A DNA stretch of 64,000 bases from Thermodesulfobacteriota bacterium (GTDB lineage Bacteria > Desulfobacterota_D > UBA1144 > Nemesobacterales > UBA2774), in the NCBI GenBank assembly GCA_963422265.1, contig OY729416.1:896001-960000 (forward strand). The letters run 5' to 3'. Below the pieces are notes generated by a model, which saw only the letters and a program-made list of their open reading frames with translations, was not told where the DNA came from and ran no database searches. Positions 1 through 10,529 of the stretch are shown piece after piece. The translations under genes and the position numbers were made by a program. The first letter of the stretch is position 1. Each line of letters opens with the position of its first letter.

Positions 1-133
1 TCTATATCATCTACATCTCTATATCATCTAATACCACTCTATACGATAAACTATAATACAATAACACTAATTATTATACAATCTAATTGCTCCTACTTAA
101 TCCTACCTATCTAACACCTACCTAATAATACCA

Positions 134-163
134 CTTATAACAAATCCCATCACTCCTTGTCAA
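134..163 (-). promoter_or_regulatory. sigma70-type promoter firing toward the window start
   Basis: Minus strand reads TTGACA-18 nt-TATAAG with TG at the extended -10 position; an AGGAG lies downstream near 89-94. Confidence 0.6.
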
Positions 164-207
164 GAACTATTTGTTAAATTAAAAATGATCTTGGAATCTG
201 TAGTTGC

Positions 208-840
208 TCAGAATTTTATTAACTCCCTAAACGTGCCGAAAAGAATCTTCAAGTCCGTTATAAAACTCATTTCTGTTATGTACTTTTTACAGAACGCTAC
301 TTTTTGGGGAAGGATAATAGTATTGTGTGCATATTCTACGTCATCGTATCCCACAAGAATCTCTTCTTCGTTTCTATACATAAGCGAGGCGTAACCCGTA
401 ATGCCGGGTCTTATGCTTAGAATCAATGAATCATCACCCTGAAACTCATCTACAACCTTTTTTACCCATGGTCTTGGTCCTACAAGACTCATATCGCCTT
501 TAATAACGTTTAATATCTGGGGAATCTCGTCAAGTTTGTACTTCCTCAGTATCTTGCCAAGTGGCGTTACTCTCTTGTCATCGCTCGACGTTATGTAAGG
601 ACCTTTCTTGTCGGCATCTTTTATCATGCTTCTAAATTTATAGAACTTAAAGACCCTTCCCGATCTACCCACCCTTAACTGCGTAAATAGAACCGAACCC
701 TCGCTATCACACTTTATCAGGATAGAGATCAAAAGGATCAGAGGAGAGAGAATAATTAGCAAAGGCAAAGAGATAACCAAATCAAGTGCGCGCTTTCCCC
801 GCTTGGCGTAAAAACCCTCTTTAGTATCTTTTTTATTCAT
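208..840 (-). CDS. Priming sugar transferase (bacterial sugar transferase family)
   Basis: Motifs KRALDLV, FYKFRSM, LRKYKLDEIPQILNVIKGDMSLVGPRP, RPGITG. Confidence 0.93.
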   Translation of the reverse strand: MNKKDTKEGFYAKRGKRALDLVISLPLLIILSPLILLISILIKCDSEGSVLFTQLRVGRSGRVFKFYKFRSMIKDADKKGPYITSSDDKRVTPLGKILRKYKLDEIPQILNVIKGDMSLVGPRPWVKKVVDEFQGDDSLILSIRPGITGYASLMYRNEEEILVGYDDVEYAHNTIILPQKVAFCKKYITEMSFITDLKILFGTFRELIKF

Positions 841-1021
841 ATTAAAAAAGTCAGTAGCGTTGTCTCAGAAGATGGTCTTTGATACTTTACTCTCAATCCA
901 CATATAGATATTTCCTAACTCAACTTTCAGCAACATTTTGCGTTTCCCGTCAATCTCCTCTCTTAATCTCATATTATCACTATTTCAGCAACTGATTATA
1001 ATCGCACACCAGTCAGAGTCC

Positions 1022-1765
1022 CTATGCCCCGTCTGAACGAAGCCGCATCTGGATTCTCTTTGCCCTGTCAGCATCCCCTTTCTTCATAAGGTAATTAACA
1101 TAGCTCAGGGCAACTTCATCTGGTATATTCATCTTTGTTTCAACGCGCTGCCATACTAGGTAAGTTGCGTCTAGCATGTCTTTTGCAACTAGGTATCTCA
1201 GATAGTCACCCAGCGTCTCGTCAGATACCACCCTGCGCAGGATTAGATCATAATCGTCTATTAACTCATGACATATATCAAAAACCCTTTGCCTTCTCTT
1301 GGGATCGGCTTTGGCCACCATCTTTAACATATCCGTTGCAAGCTCAATATCACCTAGCGAAAAAGCTAAGAGAGAGGACTCCCATAGCAGCCCGATCGAC
1401 GAAGGAATAAGACCTCTTGCTCTAGTCAGAGCCAAATGGGCTTTGTTATCTTCATCCATCTCAATTAAAGTCTCTGCAAGTCCAATCCATGCGACTGTAA
1501 ACAGAGGATTCTCCCTAAGAGAATTTACGTATATCTCTTTGATCCGTTCTTCCTCTTCTGTCATGAAGAACTGGTTAATTCGAGCTATCTTGTAGGTCGC
1601 CAGGGCATTACTTTGGTTAAAGGACAATCCCTTTTCTATAGATTCTATATCTTCTCTATCAGCCAGAACAGATGAAATGCCTAAACGCAATACGACTAGC
1701 ATAATAATAAGGCTAAGAGCTATAAGAACTACTATTTGACTCTTGCAATTTAGGAATTTCGCCAT
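1022..1765 (-). CDS. Membrane-anchored TPR-like helical repeat protein
   Basis: N-terminal hydrophobic helix followed by TPR-like helices (NPLFTVAWIGLAE, ALTRARGLIP). Confidence 0.6.
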   Translation of the reverse strand: MAKFLNCKSQIVVLIALSLIIMLVVLRLGISSVLADREDIESIEKGLSFNQSNALATYKIARINQFFMTEEEERIKEIYVNSLRENPLFTVAWIGLAETLIEMDEDNKAHLALTRARGLIPSSIGLLWESSLLAFSLGDIELATDMLKMVAKADPKRRQRVFDICHELIDDYDLILRRVVSDETLGDYLRYLVAKDMLDATYLVWQRVETKMNIPDEVALSYVNYLMKKGDADRAKRIQMRLRSDGA

Positions 1766-1844
1766 TTTTTAACTTAGTGCTTAAAAGCCTTACGCCGCGG
1801 TTTCATGACAACTACTAACTCACTAACTTCCTTACTCCTAGTAG

Positions 1845-2369
1845 CTAGCGCGATAGAGCCTCCAGCTTTTCCCCTGCCTCCACTGTCTCTATACCTTTTT
1901 CGGTTACTGCCTCCATACTACCCTCATTCACCCATAACTCTATCCCTGACCTATTAATTCTTATTGTCCCCCTTACCCTTGATGTGCTTGCTTTTGCTAT
2001 CCCTAAAGTCCTAAAATCCCCTTCCCGTGTATTGAAACTTAACGCTCTCTTGCTAGGCTTAACCCTAAAATGAATGACTCCCTTGCTTACCTGCAACGCC
2101 AGAACTTCGCTCTCTTCCAATACTTTCAACTCAGAGCCTTTTTCTATTACAAAACTCGCTCCCCTCACGCGCATTAACACTTTCTGATCGTATCCTAGCT
2201 TCGTCCCTGACGTTACAGGAAGGGTATATGCCTGACCATCCCTTTTAACTAAAGTAACTCTTCCAATAAGGGTGCTTGCAGATGATGCCTCTTCTGCGAC
2301 AAGCAGCAACATAAGTATTACGAATACCGATAAAAGCTTAAATGCTTTACTCCTAAACGTAAAAATCAT
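1845..2369 (-). CDS. Exported FecR-like beta-domain protein
   Basis: Signal-peptide-like N-terminus; beta-strand pattern ending VNEGSMEAV...VEAGE typical of FecR domains. Confidence 0.5.
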   Translation of the reverse strand: MIFTFRSKAFKLLSVFVILMLLLVAEEASSASTLIGRVTLVKRDGQAYTLPVTSGTKLGYDQKVLMRVRGASFVIEKGSELKVLEESEVLALQVSKGVIHFRVKPSKRALSFNTREGDFRTLGIAKASTSRVRGTIRINRSGIELWVNEGSMEAVTEKGIETVEAGEKLEALSR

Positions 2370-2647
2370 TTAATCTTTCCAATCGCTACTGATGCTAAAC
2401 ATAACACTTAAACTAATTCAATATCAAAAAAACAAGATAGACTGCGTAGATAATAACTTGCCACATTTGCTAAGTATTTTACGGAACAATAGTAGGTAGA
2501 TACTTAAGCCTCTTCTCCGACAAAACCATTACTGCTTCCCTAACATTTGCTTTCCTCGTTAATGGGATTATAATTAAATCATTTATATCATGGAATGCAA
2601 GAATTCCGAACTCAGAGAGCACGAGTCTATAGAAAAGCAGTTGCTTC

Positions 2648-4081
2648 ATGAAACTTGTAAGTCCCTATTCAAAATTTCTTGAGCGCACTATTCTACTTCT
2701 TATCATTGCAGCCCTAGTTCTATCTCCCCTACCCATTGGCAGCGTAAAACCAGTTCACCTACTGATCATTCAGATTTCGTCGTTCTTCATTTTTCTTCTC
2801 TGGCTTATCAAATCAATAATAGAAGAGAAGACACCTTTCTTAAGTATAAAACCTTACCTGCCAATTCTATTATTTCTTGTTCTGTGCTTATTTCAGACGG
2901 TTCCGTTTCCTAGCTACATTGTGGGAGCCTTATCTGGAAAAAGCCTTGAAATATGGGAGTTAACATACTCTATACTGGCCGATATAGGCTCATCTTCAGA
3001 TATGAAATTATTCACCATAAGCTTGTATCCCAATGAGACCATGAAACAAACGTTGCTATTGTTATCTTACTTCACCTTTGGCATCGTAGTGTCGAAAAGT
3101 TTCGGACGAGTTCTAAATATCAAACTAGCGATAATCCCGATATTAGCGATAATGATGATGGAGGCATTGCTAGGAATCTATCAGTACCTCCTAAGCGGAG
3201 GACAAGAGGTTGCAAGGGGAACCTTTGTAAACCGTAATCACTTTGCGGGTTTCATAGAGATTTGCTTCCCGCTCGCTCTAGGGTACTTGCTTTCTATAAA
3301 ACAAGGCAATAAATCAGATAAAAAGTCTTTTGTAGGAAGGCTGATCTCTTCAAACCTAAAACACATATTATTGGCTATTATGATGGGAATTGTCCTTTTG
3401 TCCATAATGCTCTCAGAATCTAGGGGTGGTATTTTCAGCATATTGGTATCCCTTTTCTTTTTCTACATCGTATTCTCCAAGTTTGCACCAAAGGGCATCG
3501 AAACAAAGTGGATAATCTATATTATTGTTGCAGTATGTCTCTTGCTTGGCGTCTATATAGGCATTTACCCAATAATAGAAAGGTACCTATTCGCATGGGA
3601 GTACTTCTCGTCGTTAAAGAGGATACTAGTATGGAAAGACACGGTAAGCATAATAAGAGATTTTCCACTTTTTGGCACCGGACTAGGCACTTTCAGCCAC
3701 GTGTTTCCACTATATAAAATATCTATGATAAAACCGCTCAGATTTGAAGAAAGTCACAATGATTACCTTCAGATTCTCTCGGAGACCGGGCTGCTAGGTT
3801 TTCTCTTGATTATGCTTGCTCTCGTCCTATTTTTTCTATCATCAGTTAGAAACCTAGCGCGCTTATCATCCGAACAGGATCATTTAAGATTGTTCCTGTT
3901 ACTTGGCGCGCTGACCGGCATTCTCTCTATATTAATTCATAGCTTTGTGGACTTTAATCTACAGATTCCATCAAACGCCCTTTATTTCACTTTCCTCATC
4001 GGTTTTTCTGTTGCCATTGGAAGTAAAACAAATGATCCGGAGATGAAAACAAATAAATTAGGCCTAGGGAGTAGGGAGTAG
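2648..4081 (+). CDS. O-antigen ligase / Wzy_C family membrane protein
   Basis: Many TM helices; GTFVNRNHFAG, SESRGG, PLFGTGLGTF, HNDYLQILSETG, FVDFNLQIPSN. Confidence 0.9.
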   Translation: MKLVSPYSKFLERTILLLIIAALVLSPLPIGSVKPVHLLIIQISSFFIFLLWLIKSIIEEKTPFLSIKPYLPILLFLVLCLFQTVPFPSYIVGALSGKSLEIWELTYSILADIGSSSDMKLFTISLYPNETMKQTLLLLSYFTFGIVVSKSFGRVLNIKLAIIPILAIMMMEALLGIYQYLLSGGQEVARGTFVNRNHFAGFIEICFPLALGYLLSIKQGNKSDKKSFVGRLISSNLKHILLAIMMGIVLLSIMLSESRGGIFSILVSLFFFYIVFSKFAPKGIETKWIIYIIVAVCLLLGVYIGIYPIIERYLFAWEYFSSLKRILVWKDTVSIIRDFPLFGTGLGTFSHVFPLYKISMIKPLRFEESHNDYLQILSETGLLGFLLIMLALVLFFLSSVRNLARLSSEQDHLRLFLLLGALTGILSILIHSFVDFNLQIPSNALYFTFLIGFSVAIGSKTNDPEMKTNKLGLGSRE

Positions 4082-4085
4082 GGAG
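4065..4085 (+). repeat. (TAGGGAG)x3 heptamer tandem overlapping the ligase stop codon
   Basis: Read directly from the sequence. Confidence 0.8.
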
Positions 4086-4129
4086 AATTAGTGAACATGA
4101 CCTACCGTAACAACTTAGAGCAAGTCTTC

Positions 4130-4157
4130 AAATTGAACACATTAAATTGAACACATT
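4130..4157. repeat. Perfect 14-bp tandem duplication (AAATTGAACACATT)x2 abutting the tRNA-Asn 3' end
   Basis: Read directly: 4130-4143 equals 4144-4157. Confidence 0.9.
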
Positions 4158-4233
4158 TGGCTCCGGCGGAGGGATTCGAACCCCCGACCTAGTGGTTAAC
4201 AGCCACCCGCTCTGCCAGCTGAGCTACACCGGA
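4158..4233 (-). tRNA. tRNA-Asn(GTT), CCA encoded
   Basis: TCCGGTGTAGCTCAGCTGGCAGAGC...CTGTTAA...GGTTCGAATCC...CGCCGGAGCCA cloverleaf. Confidence 0.96.
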
Positions 4234-4391
4234 ACCGGATAATTTAAGATTAAAACTTAGACGCCCATAAACTTATACAGTAGATGCCCACGAGTCAAGT
4301 TTGCACGTAATAGGCACGTATAGGTTAGATAGAAAGGCAGCTATAAGGTTTACTACCCGGGATTCAATCCGTATGACCTCAGACCGCCCAG

Positions 4392-4419
4392 TTGAATAGA
4401 CGTCTCAAAAACGTATAAT
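4392..4419 (+). promoter_or_regulatory. Candidate sigma70 promoter for rpoH
   Basis: TTGAAT-16 nt-TATAAT just upstream of ATG 4436. Confidence 0.4.
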
Positions 4420-4435
4420 AATCTAGGTAAATTCA

Positions 4436-5344
4436 ATGCCTAAAAAAAAAGAAACAGATAAAGAAATAGATAAGGAAAAGAAACAGCCAAACAACCTACT
4501 TCCCACTCATACAACTTCGCTGCACCGATATCTCGCGGAAATAAGCAATTACCCGATATTAAGCCGTGATGAGGAGTATGCCCTCGCTATAAAATACAGA
4601 GACGAGGGGGATTTAGAGGCGGCGCGGAAACTAGTTACTTCAAACTTAAAGTTCGTCGTCAGTCTAGCGAATGAATATAAGAATTACGGATTTAATACTA
4701 TGGACATTATACAGGAAGGGAACGTAGGACTCATGCACGCGGTAAAAGGATTCGATCCAACTAAGGGATATAGGCTGATCTCTTATGCCGTATGGTGGAT
4801 AAGGGCATATATACAAAATCATATCATTAAGAGTTGGAGCTTGGTCAAGATAGGGACAACGCAGGCACAAAGAAAGCTCTTTTACAAACTGAGGTCAACT
4901 AAGAATGAGATGAAAATGGCAGGGGACAACCTTAGCACTGAAGATTATAAGGAGTTAGCTGATAAACTTAACGTATCGGATAAGGTTATTATTGAGATGG
5001 ATCAGAGAATGGGCAGTAAAGACCTATCGTTAGACGCAGAAATAAAAAATGAAAACGAATCATCTTATCTTGACTTCCTAGCCGACGACAAAGAGAACCA
5101 AGAGGATTTGATAATAAGAACAGAAGAAAAGGAAATGGTTAAAAGCGGGATGATTGAAGCCCTTAACATCCTTAAAGATCGAGAGCGCTTTATAATTGAA
5201 AAAAGGGTACTGTCGGACACGCCGCTTACGCTTGAAGAGCTGGGGGCTAAATTGAACGTTTCAAGAGAAAGGGTAAGGCAAATCGAAAGCGCAGCCTTGA
5301 AAAAAGTTAAGAGTATATTAGAAGAAAAGGGCGTAGGTCAATAA
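4436..5344 (+). CDS. rpoH: RNA polymerase sigma-32 factor
   Basis: Sigma70 regions 2 and 4 (DIIQEGNVGLM, YAVWWIRA, VSRERVRQIE) plus RpoH box QRKLFYKLR. Confidence 0.9.
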   Translation: MPKKKETDKEIDKEKKQPNNLLPTHTTSLHRYLAEISNYPILSRDEEYALAIKYRDEGDLEAARKLVTSNLKFVVSLANEYKNYGFNTMDIIQEGNVGLMHAVKGFDPTKGYRLISYAVWWIRAYIQNHIIKSWSLVKIGTTQAQRKLFYKLRSTKNEMKMAGDNLSTEDYKELADKLNVSDKVIIEMDQRMGSKDLSLDAEIKNENESSYLDFLADDKENQEDLIIRTEEKEMVKSGMIEALNILKDRERFIIEKRVLSDTPLTLEELGAKLNVSRERVRQIESAALKKVKSILEEKGVGQ

Positions 5345-5443
5345 AAACACAAAATACAGACGCGCCACAGCATGGTCGCTAGTCCAATATCACCAATAAA
5401 TATATTTAGTACATGCCTAAGCGGTTAGAAGGTCCTGAGGGGT

Positions 5444-8083
5444 TTAGCATCCTCTATCTATAATCTCAATAGCCTTATCTAAAGCTTTATCTAAGTTATC
5501 AGGCTTGTTCCCACCAGCTTGCGCCATATCATTTCTGCCCCCACCTTTACCTCCAATAAGTGGGGCAATCTCCTTAATAATATCCGTAGAAGAATATTCT
5601 TTACTAAGGTCATTAGTTACTCCGACAAGTATGAAAGCCATACCATTATTCCTACTGCCCAGTACAGCAACGCCAGAACTTACCTTGTTCCGGACGTCAT
5701 CCCATATTTTCCTTAGCTCGCTGGGGTTAGCTCCAGGAATTTCGACGGATAGCACGCGAACGCCTTTAATATCCCTTAAACCATCCATTAAGTCTCCAGC
5801 GGAATCAGTTAGCACCTTCGCTTTATAGTTTTCGAGCTCTCTTCTGATCTTCTCATTCTCTTCAGTTAATCTCCTAAGCCTAGGAATAAGATCGGATTCG
5901 GGCACCTTCAAAATTGAAGAAGCCTCAATCAACCTATCCTCCTTACCTCTCATAAAATTCCAGGCCGCTTCTCCAGCAAGCGCATTGATACGCCTTACTC
6001 CAGCGGAAGAAGCGGTTTCGGACACGATCTTAAACACGCCAACCTGCCCCGACGTAGTAAGGTGAGTACCACCACAAAGCTCTATGCTATAATCCCCTAT
6101 ACTTACCACCCTTACTTTATCCCCATATTTCTCCTCAAAAAAAGCCATCGCCCCTCTTTTTATAGCGTCATCATAGGGAACGCCTTCTTCTATATTAACC
6201 CTATCATCCCACCTGATCCTTTGATTAACAATCTCTTCTATCATCCTTAGCTCCTTTCTATCAATAGAAGAATGGTGTGTAAAATCGAACCTAAAATGGT
6301 CGTGAGAAACAAGGGATCCCGCCTGCCCTACGTGGTTTCCAAGTATCTCTCTTAAAACCGCATGAAGAATATGAGTTACCGTATGATGCAAGTTTGTCCC
6401 ATATCGGAACTCTTTATCTACTTTAAGTTCTACCAGATCGCCTACCCATAAAGCCCCTTTCTTTATTACAGCCTTATGCGCTATGAGATCAGGCAAAGGC
6501 TTCGTCGTATCTAATATCCGAGCTATGCCGTCCTTAGCCTCTATTATCCCTCTATCACCTACCTGACCTCCCGATTCTCCGTAAAACGGCGTTCCATCAG
6601 TCAGTATTTCAACCTTGTCTCCTTCGTCGGCACTATCCACCAGGTCACCATCCCTGATTATTGCCGTGACTCTTCCCATGTCAATTATTTTATGATAACC
6701 AGTAAAGTTGACTTTAATCCCGCCTGAAGCAACATCTCTATAAAACGATTCTAACTGATTATCTCCAGACTCCTTCCATGCTTTTCTTGATTGTTCTCTC
6801 TGTTTTTCCATTTCTCTTCTAAAACCCAAGTGATCAACAGAAAACCCTCTTTCACTCGCAACCTCTTCCGTAATATCCACTGGAAATCCATACGTATCAT
6901 ATAATTTGAATAGGAGATTCCCAGACAAAACCTTGTCTCCCTTCCTTTTATCAATTTCCGCATTCAAAAGCTCAAAGCCCCTATCTATGGTCTCAAAAAA
7001 TCTCTCTTCCTCATTCTTAACAATTTCCTGAACAAACTTTATTCTATCGTTTAGCTCAGGATAAGCACCCTGCATAATTTCCCTTACGCTATCAGTAATT
7101 TTATATAGACAGGGATCCTCAATGCCGAGCATCTTTGCATGGCGGACTGCTCTTCTCAATATCCGTTTGAGGACGTATCCCCTACCCTCGTTTGAGGGAA
7201 ACACACCGTCGGATATTAAAAAAGTTACGGCGCGGGCGTGATCGGCAATGACCCTAATTGAAATATCGGATTTAAGGTCTTGTCCATAACCAATCTCCGC
7301 TATCTCTTCTACGTTTGAGATTATTCCGCGAATTAGGTCGGTCTCGTAGTTGCTCTTAACGCCCTGTAGAACTGCTGTAATTCTCTCGAGTCCCATCCCC
7401 GTATCAATGTTCGGTTCAGGTAACGGCTTTAGATTGCCAGACTCGTCTCTGTTAAACTGCATGAAAACAAGATTCCAGAGCTCAAGATAACGATCGCAGT
7501 CACAGCCCACTCTACAGGTCGTTGATTTACTACAGCTAAATTCCTTACCCTGATCAATTAGTATTTCGGAGCAAGGTCCGCAGGGACCCACGTCTCCCAT
7601 AGCCCAAAAATTATCTTTCTCCCCCATTCTAACTATTCTATCTGCCGGAATGCCCGCTTGCTTCCGCCAAATCTCAGCCGCTTCATCATCCTCTTCAAAT
7701 ACGGTCACCCATAGCTTTTCCTGAGGGAGCTTATATATTTCAGTAATAAGCTCCCATCCAAATCTTACAGCTTCTTCTTTAAAATAGTCGCCAAATGAGA
7801 AGTTTCCAAGCATTTCAAAAAAGGTGTGATGCCGAGCAGTAACGCCGACGTTTTCAAGATCGTTATGCTTCCCTCCAGCTCTCACGCACTTTTGCGAAGA
7901 TGCTGCCCTATTATAATCCGGCTTATCAATACCCAAGAATACGTCCTTAAACTGCACCATCCCCGCGTTTGTAAAAAGGAGAGTAGGGTCGTTGCGCGGA
8001 ATAAGGGATGAGCTGTCAACTAAGTTGTGCCCCTTATCCTGAAAATACTGAAGAAACAGGTTTCTTATCTCTGATCCAGTCAT
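5444..8083 (-). CDS. alaS: Alanine--tRNA ligase
   Basis: DPTLLFTNAGMVQFK, HHTFFEMLGNFSFGDYFK, ELCGGTH, GGKGGGR. Confidence 0.98.
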   Translation of the reverse strand: MTGSEIRNLFLQYFQDKGHNLVDSSSLIPRNDPTLLFTNAGMVQFKDVFLGIDKPDYNRAASSQKCVRAGGKHNDLENVGVTARHHTFFEMLGNFSFGDYFKEEAVRFGWELITEIYKLPQEKLWVTVFEEDDEAAEIWRKQAGIPADRIVRMGEKDNFWAMGDVGPCGPCSEILIDQGKEFSCSKSTTCRVGCDCDRYLELWNLVFMQFNRDESGNLKPLPEPNIDTGMGLERITAVLQGVKSNYETDLIRGIISNVEEIAEIGYGQDLKSDISIRVIADHARAVTFLISDGVFPSNEGRGYVLKRILRRAVRHAKMLGIEDPCLYKITDSVREIMQGAYPELNDRIKFVQEIVKNEEERFFETIDRGFELLNAEIDKRKGDKVLSGNLLFKLYDTYGFPVDITEEVASERGFSVDHLGFRREMEKQREQSRKAWKESGDNQLESFYRDVASGGIKVNFTGYHKIIDMGRVTAIIRDGDLVDSADEGDKVEILTDGTPFYGESGGQVGDRGIIEAKDGIARILDTTKPLPDLIAHKAVIKKGALWVGDLVELKVDKEFRYGTNLHHTVTHILHAVLREILGNHVGQAGSLVSHDHFRFDFTHHSSIDRKELRMIEEIVNQRIRWDDRVNIEEGVPYDDAIKRGAMAFFEEKYGDKVRVVSIGDYSIELCGGTHLTTSGQVGVFKIVSETASSAGVRRINALAGEAAWNFMRGKEDRLIEASSILKVPESDLIPRLRRLTEENEKIRRELENYKAKVLTDSAGDLMDGLRDIKGVRVLSVEIPGANPSELRKIWDDVRNKVSSGVAVLGSRNNGMAFILVGVTNDLSKEYSSTDIIKEIAPLIGGKGGGRNDMAQAGGNKPDNLDKALDKAIEIIDRGC

Positions 8084-8324
8084 ATACTTGACCCTTAGCT
8101 ACAAGTCCATGTTGATTCTGATTTAGCTTCTCTTTTTCTCATGTGCCCGCAAACAAATTTCTTTATTATATCACAGGCTTGAATCTCTTGTATTTACTAT
8201 GAACCCTATTCCCAAACACCTGTCTAAGAAAGTGTTATAATACAAGCCGCCTTAGCGATATACAATAGTTTGTAAATGTAGAGCGATAACCTGGTACATT
8301 TATTTAATGGAGTTAAGCTAGACC

Positions 8325-10529
8325 ATGCCCAGCCTAGAAATCGCAAAGAAACACGGACTCACTGAAGAAGAGTTTGATCACATAGTAAAAATTCTGGGGA
8401 GAAAACCTAACGTTACGGAACTCGGCATAATAGCCGCTATGTGGTCCGAGCACTGCTCCTACAAAAGCTCCAAAGTGCATCTGAAAAGGCTTCCTACGAC
8501 TGGGGATAAAATAATACAAGGTCCTGGGGAAAACGCAGGTATAGTAGATATAGGCGACGGGCTTTGTGCAGTATTTAAGATGGAAAGCCATAATCATCCC
8601 TCTTTCATCGAGCCCTATCAAGGAGCGGCTACTGGAGTGGGCGGGATACTAAGAGACATATTTACAATGGGAGCAAGACCTATCGCTCTGTTAGACTCTC
8701 TTAGATTCGGGGAGCCTTCGCTGCCAAAAACTAAGTATATTGTAGATGGTATAGTAGCAGGCATCGCCGGATACGGGAACTGCGTCGGGATTCCAACGGT
8801 AGGGGGCGAAGTTTATTTCGATGATTGTTATAATGGAAATCCCCTGGTAAACGTTTTTGCGCTAGGCATTGCTGAGACGGACAAGATTTTCAGAGGATAC
8901 GCAAAAGGCGTAGGGAACTCCGTAGTTTATGTTGGATCTAAAACGGGAAGGGACGGAATACAAGGCGCCGTTATGGCGTCCGAGACGTTTACAAAAGAAT
9001 CAGAGGGAAAAAGACCAGCAGTTCAAGTCGGCGATCCGTTTGCGGAGAAGCTCTTACTGGAAGCCTGCCTTGAGCTTTTTAAGACAGGAGTCGTCGTGGG
9101 CGTTCAGGATATGGGAGCCGCGGGGCTGACTTCATCTTCGACCGAAATGGCGGAACGAGCCAATACGGGAATAAATATCAATATTGACAAAGTGCCCAGA
9201 AGGGAAGAGTCCATGAGCGCGTATGAGGTTATGTTGTCTGAATCGCAGGAAAGAATGCTGATGGTAATTGAGAAAGGAAAGGAAAATACAGCAGAGAAAA
9301 TATTCAAAAAATGGGGTGTTGATTTCAGCATTATTGGAGAAGTAACCGACGGACAAAGCCTTATGGTAACCGAAAATGGGAACATAGCCGCTGATATACC
9401 GATTAAACTCATATCGGATCAAGCACCTACTTATAAAAGACCTTATGGTAAACCACAATACCAAGACGAGGTGCAGAAACTTGACGCGTCCACGATAAGC
9501 ATTCCCAAAAAACTGAGCGACGCGCTACTTACGCTTTTGCGATCACCCACTTTGGCGAGTAAGCGCTGGATATATGAGCAGTATGATCAAATGGTTAGAA
9601 CTAATACGGTTAGCCTACTAGGCTCGGACGCATCCGTAATCAGGATGAAAAACACGAGAAAAGCAGTAGCCATTACGGTCAATTGCAACTCAAAATACTG
9701 CTATCTCGACCCCTATAACGGGACGGTGATAGCGGTCTCTGAAAGCGCGAGAAACCTTGCCTGCTCAGGAGCTACACCCATTGCGATTACCAACTGCTTA
9801 AACTTTGGCAATCCTGAGAAACCCCACGTAATGTGGCAGTTCAAACAGGCAATCGACGGTATGTCGAAGGCGTGCTTAAAGCTTAACACGCCCGTTGTAA
9901 GTGGGAACGTAAGTTTCTATAATGAAACAGAAGACAAAGCAATCTATCCAACCCCTACAATAGGAATGATAGGGTTAATAGATGACGTAAGCAAACTCAC
10001 AACCCAATGGTTCAAGGATGAAGGAGACCTCATAGTGCTTCTGGGGGAAACGAAAGAAGAATTAGGAGGAAGTGAGTACCTAGCACAGATTCACGGACAA
10101 ACGCGCGGTAAGCCACCAGAACTAGACTTAAATACTGAATCTAATTTGATTCAAGCTTTACTTGAAGTTTCAAATGAAGGTATAATAAACTCTGCTCACG
10201 ATATATCCGAAGGAGGACTTGGAGTAGCACTTGCTGAATCCTGCTTCGCTCCAAACGGGCCCGTAGGTATAAGAATCAATCTCTGTAGCGATATAAGAAA
10301 AGACTCTCTTTTGTTTTCAGAGTCCCAGTCAAGGGTAATAATCTCCTTAAAACAAAATAATTTGATAGAGTTTGAAGATATAATAGCTAAGTGGAGAGTG
10401 CCTATGGAAATAATTGGGAAGGTTGAAGGAACTAAGTTTCTTATTGAGAACTTAATAGATATTCCAATCAATGAAGCTTATAATGCATGGAATTCGGGAT
10501 TCGAGGATATATTGAGAAGCTATGCCTAA
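8325..10529 (+). CDS. purL: Phosphoribosylformylglycinamidine synthase subunit PurL (small form)
   Basis: [43 protein letters not shown]. Confidence 0.97.
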   Translation: MPSLEIAKKHGLTEEEFDHIVKILGRKPNVTELGIIAAMWSEHCSYKSSKVHLKRLPTTGDKIIQGPGENAGIVDIGDGLCAVFKMESHNHPSFIEPYQGAATGVGGILRDIFTMGARPIALLDSLRFGEPSLPKTKYIVDGIVAGIAGYGNCVGIPTVGGEVYFDDCYNGNPLVNVFALGIAETDKIFRGYAKGVGNSVVYVGSKTGRDGIQGAVMASETFTKESEGKRPAVQVGDPFAEKLLLEACLELFKTGVVVGVQDMGAAGLTSSSTEMAERANTGININIDKVPRREESMSAYEVMLSESQERMLMVIEKGKENTAEKIFKKWGVDFSIIGEVTDGQSLMVTENGNIAADIPIKLISDQAPTYKRPYGKPQYQDEVQKLDASTISIPKKLSDALLTLLRSPTLASKRWIYEQYDQMVRTNTVSLLGSDASVIRMKNTRKAVAITVNCNSKYCYLDPYNGTVIAVSESARNLACSGATPIAITNCLNFGNPEKPHVMWQFKQAIDGMSKACLKLNTPVVSGNVSFYNETEDKAIYPTPTIGMIGLIDDVSKLTTQWFKDEGDLIVLLGETKEELGGSEYLAQIHGQTRGKPPELDLNTESNLIQALLEVSNEGIINSAHDISEGGLGVALAESCFAPNGPVGIRINLCSDIRKDSLLFSESQSRVIISLKQNNLIEFEDIIAKWRVPMEIIGKVEGTKFLIENLIDIPINEAYNAWNSGFEDILRSYA

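Noticed and set aside
8084-8324. Purine/ZTP riboswitch upstream of purL
   Set aside because: No recognisable conserved core; only an extended -10-like TGTTATAAT
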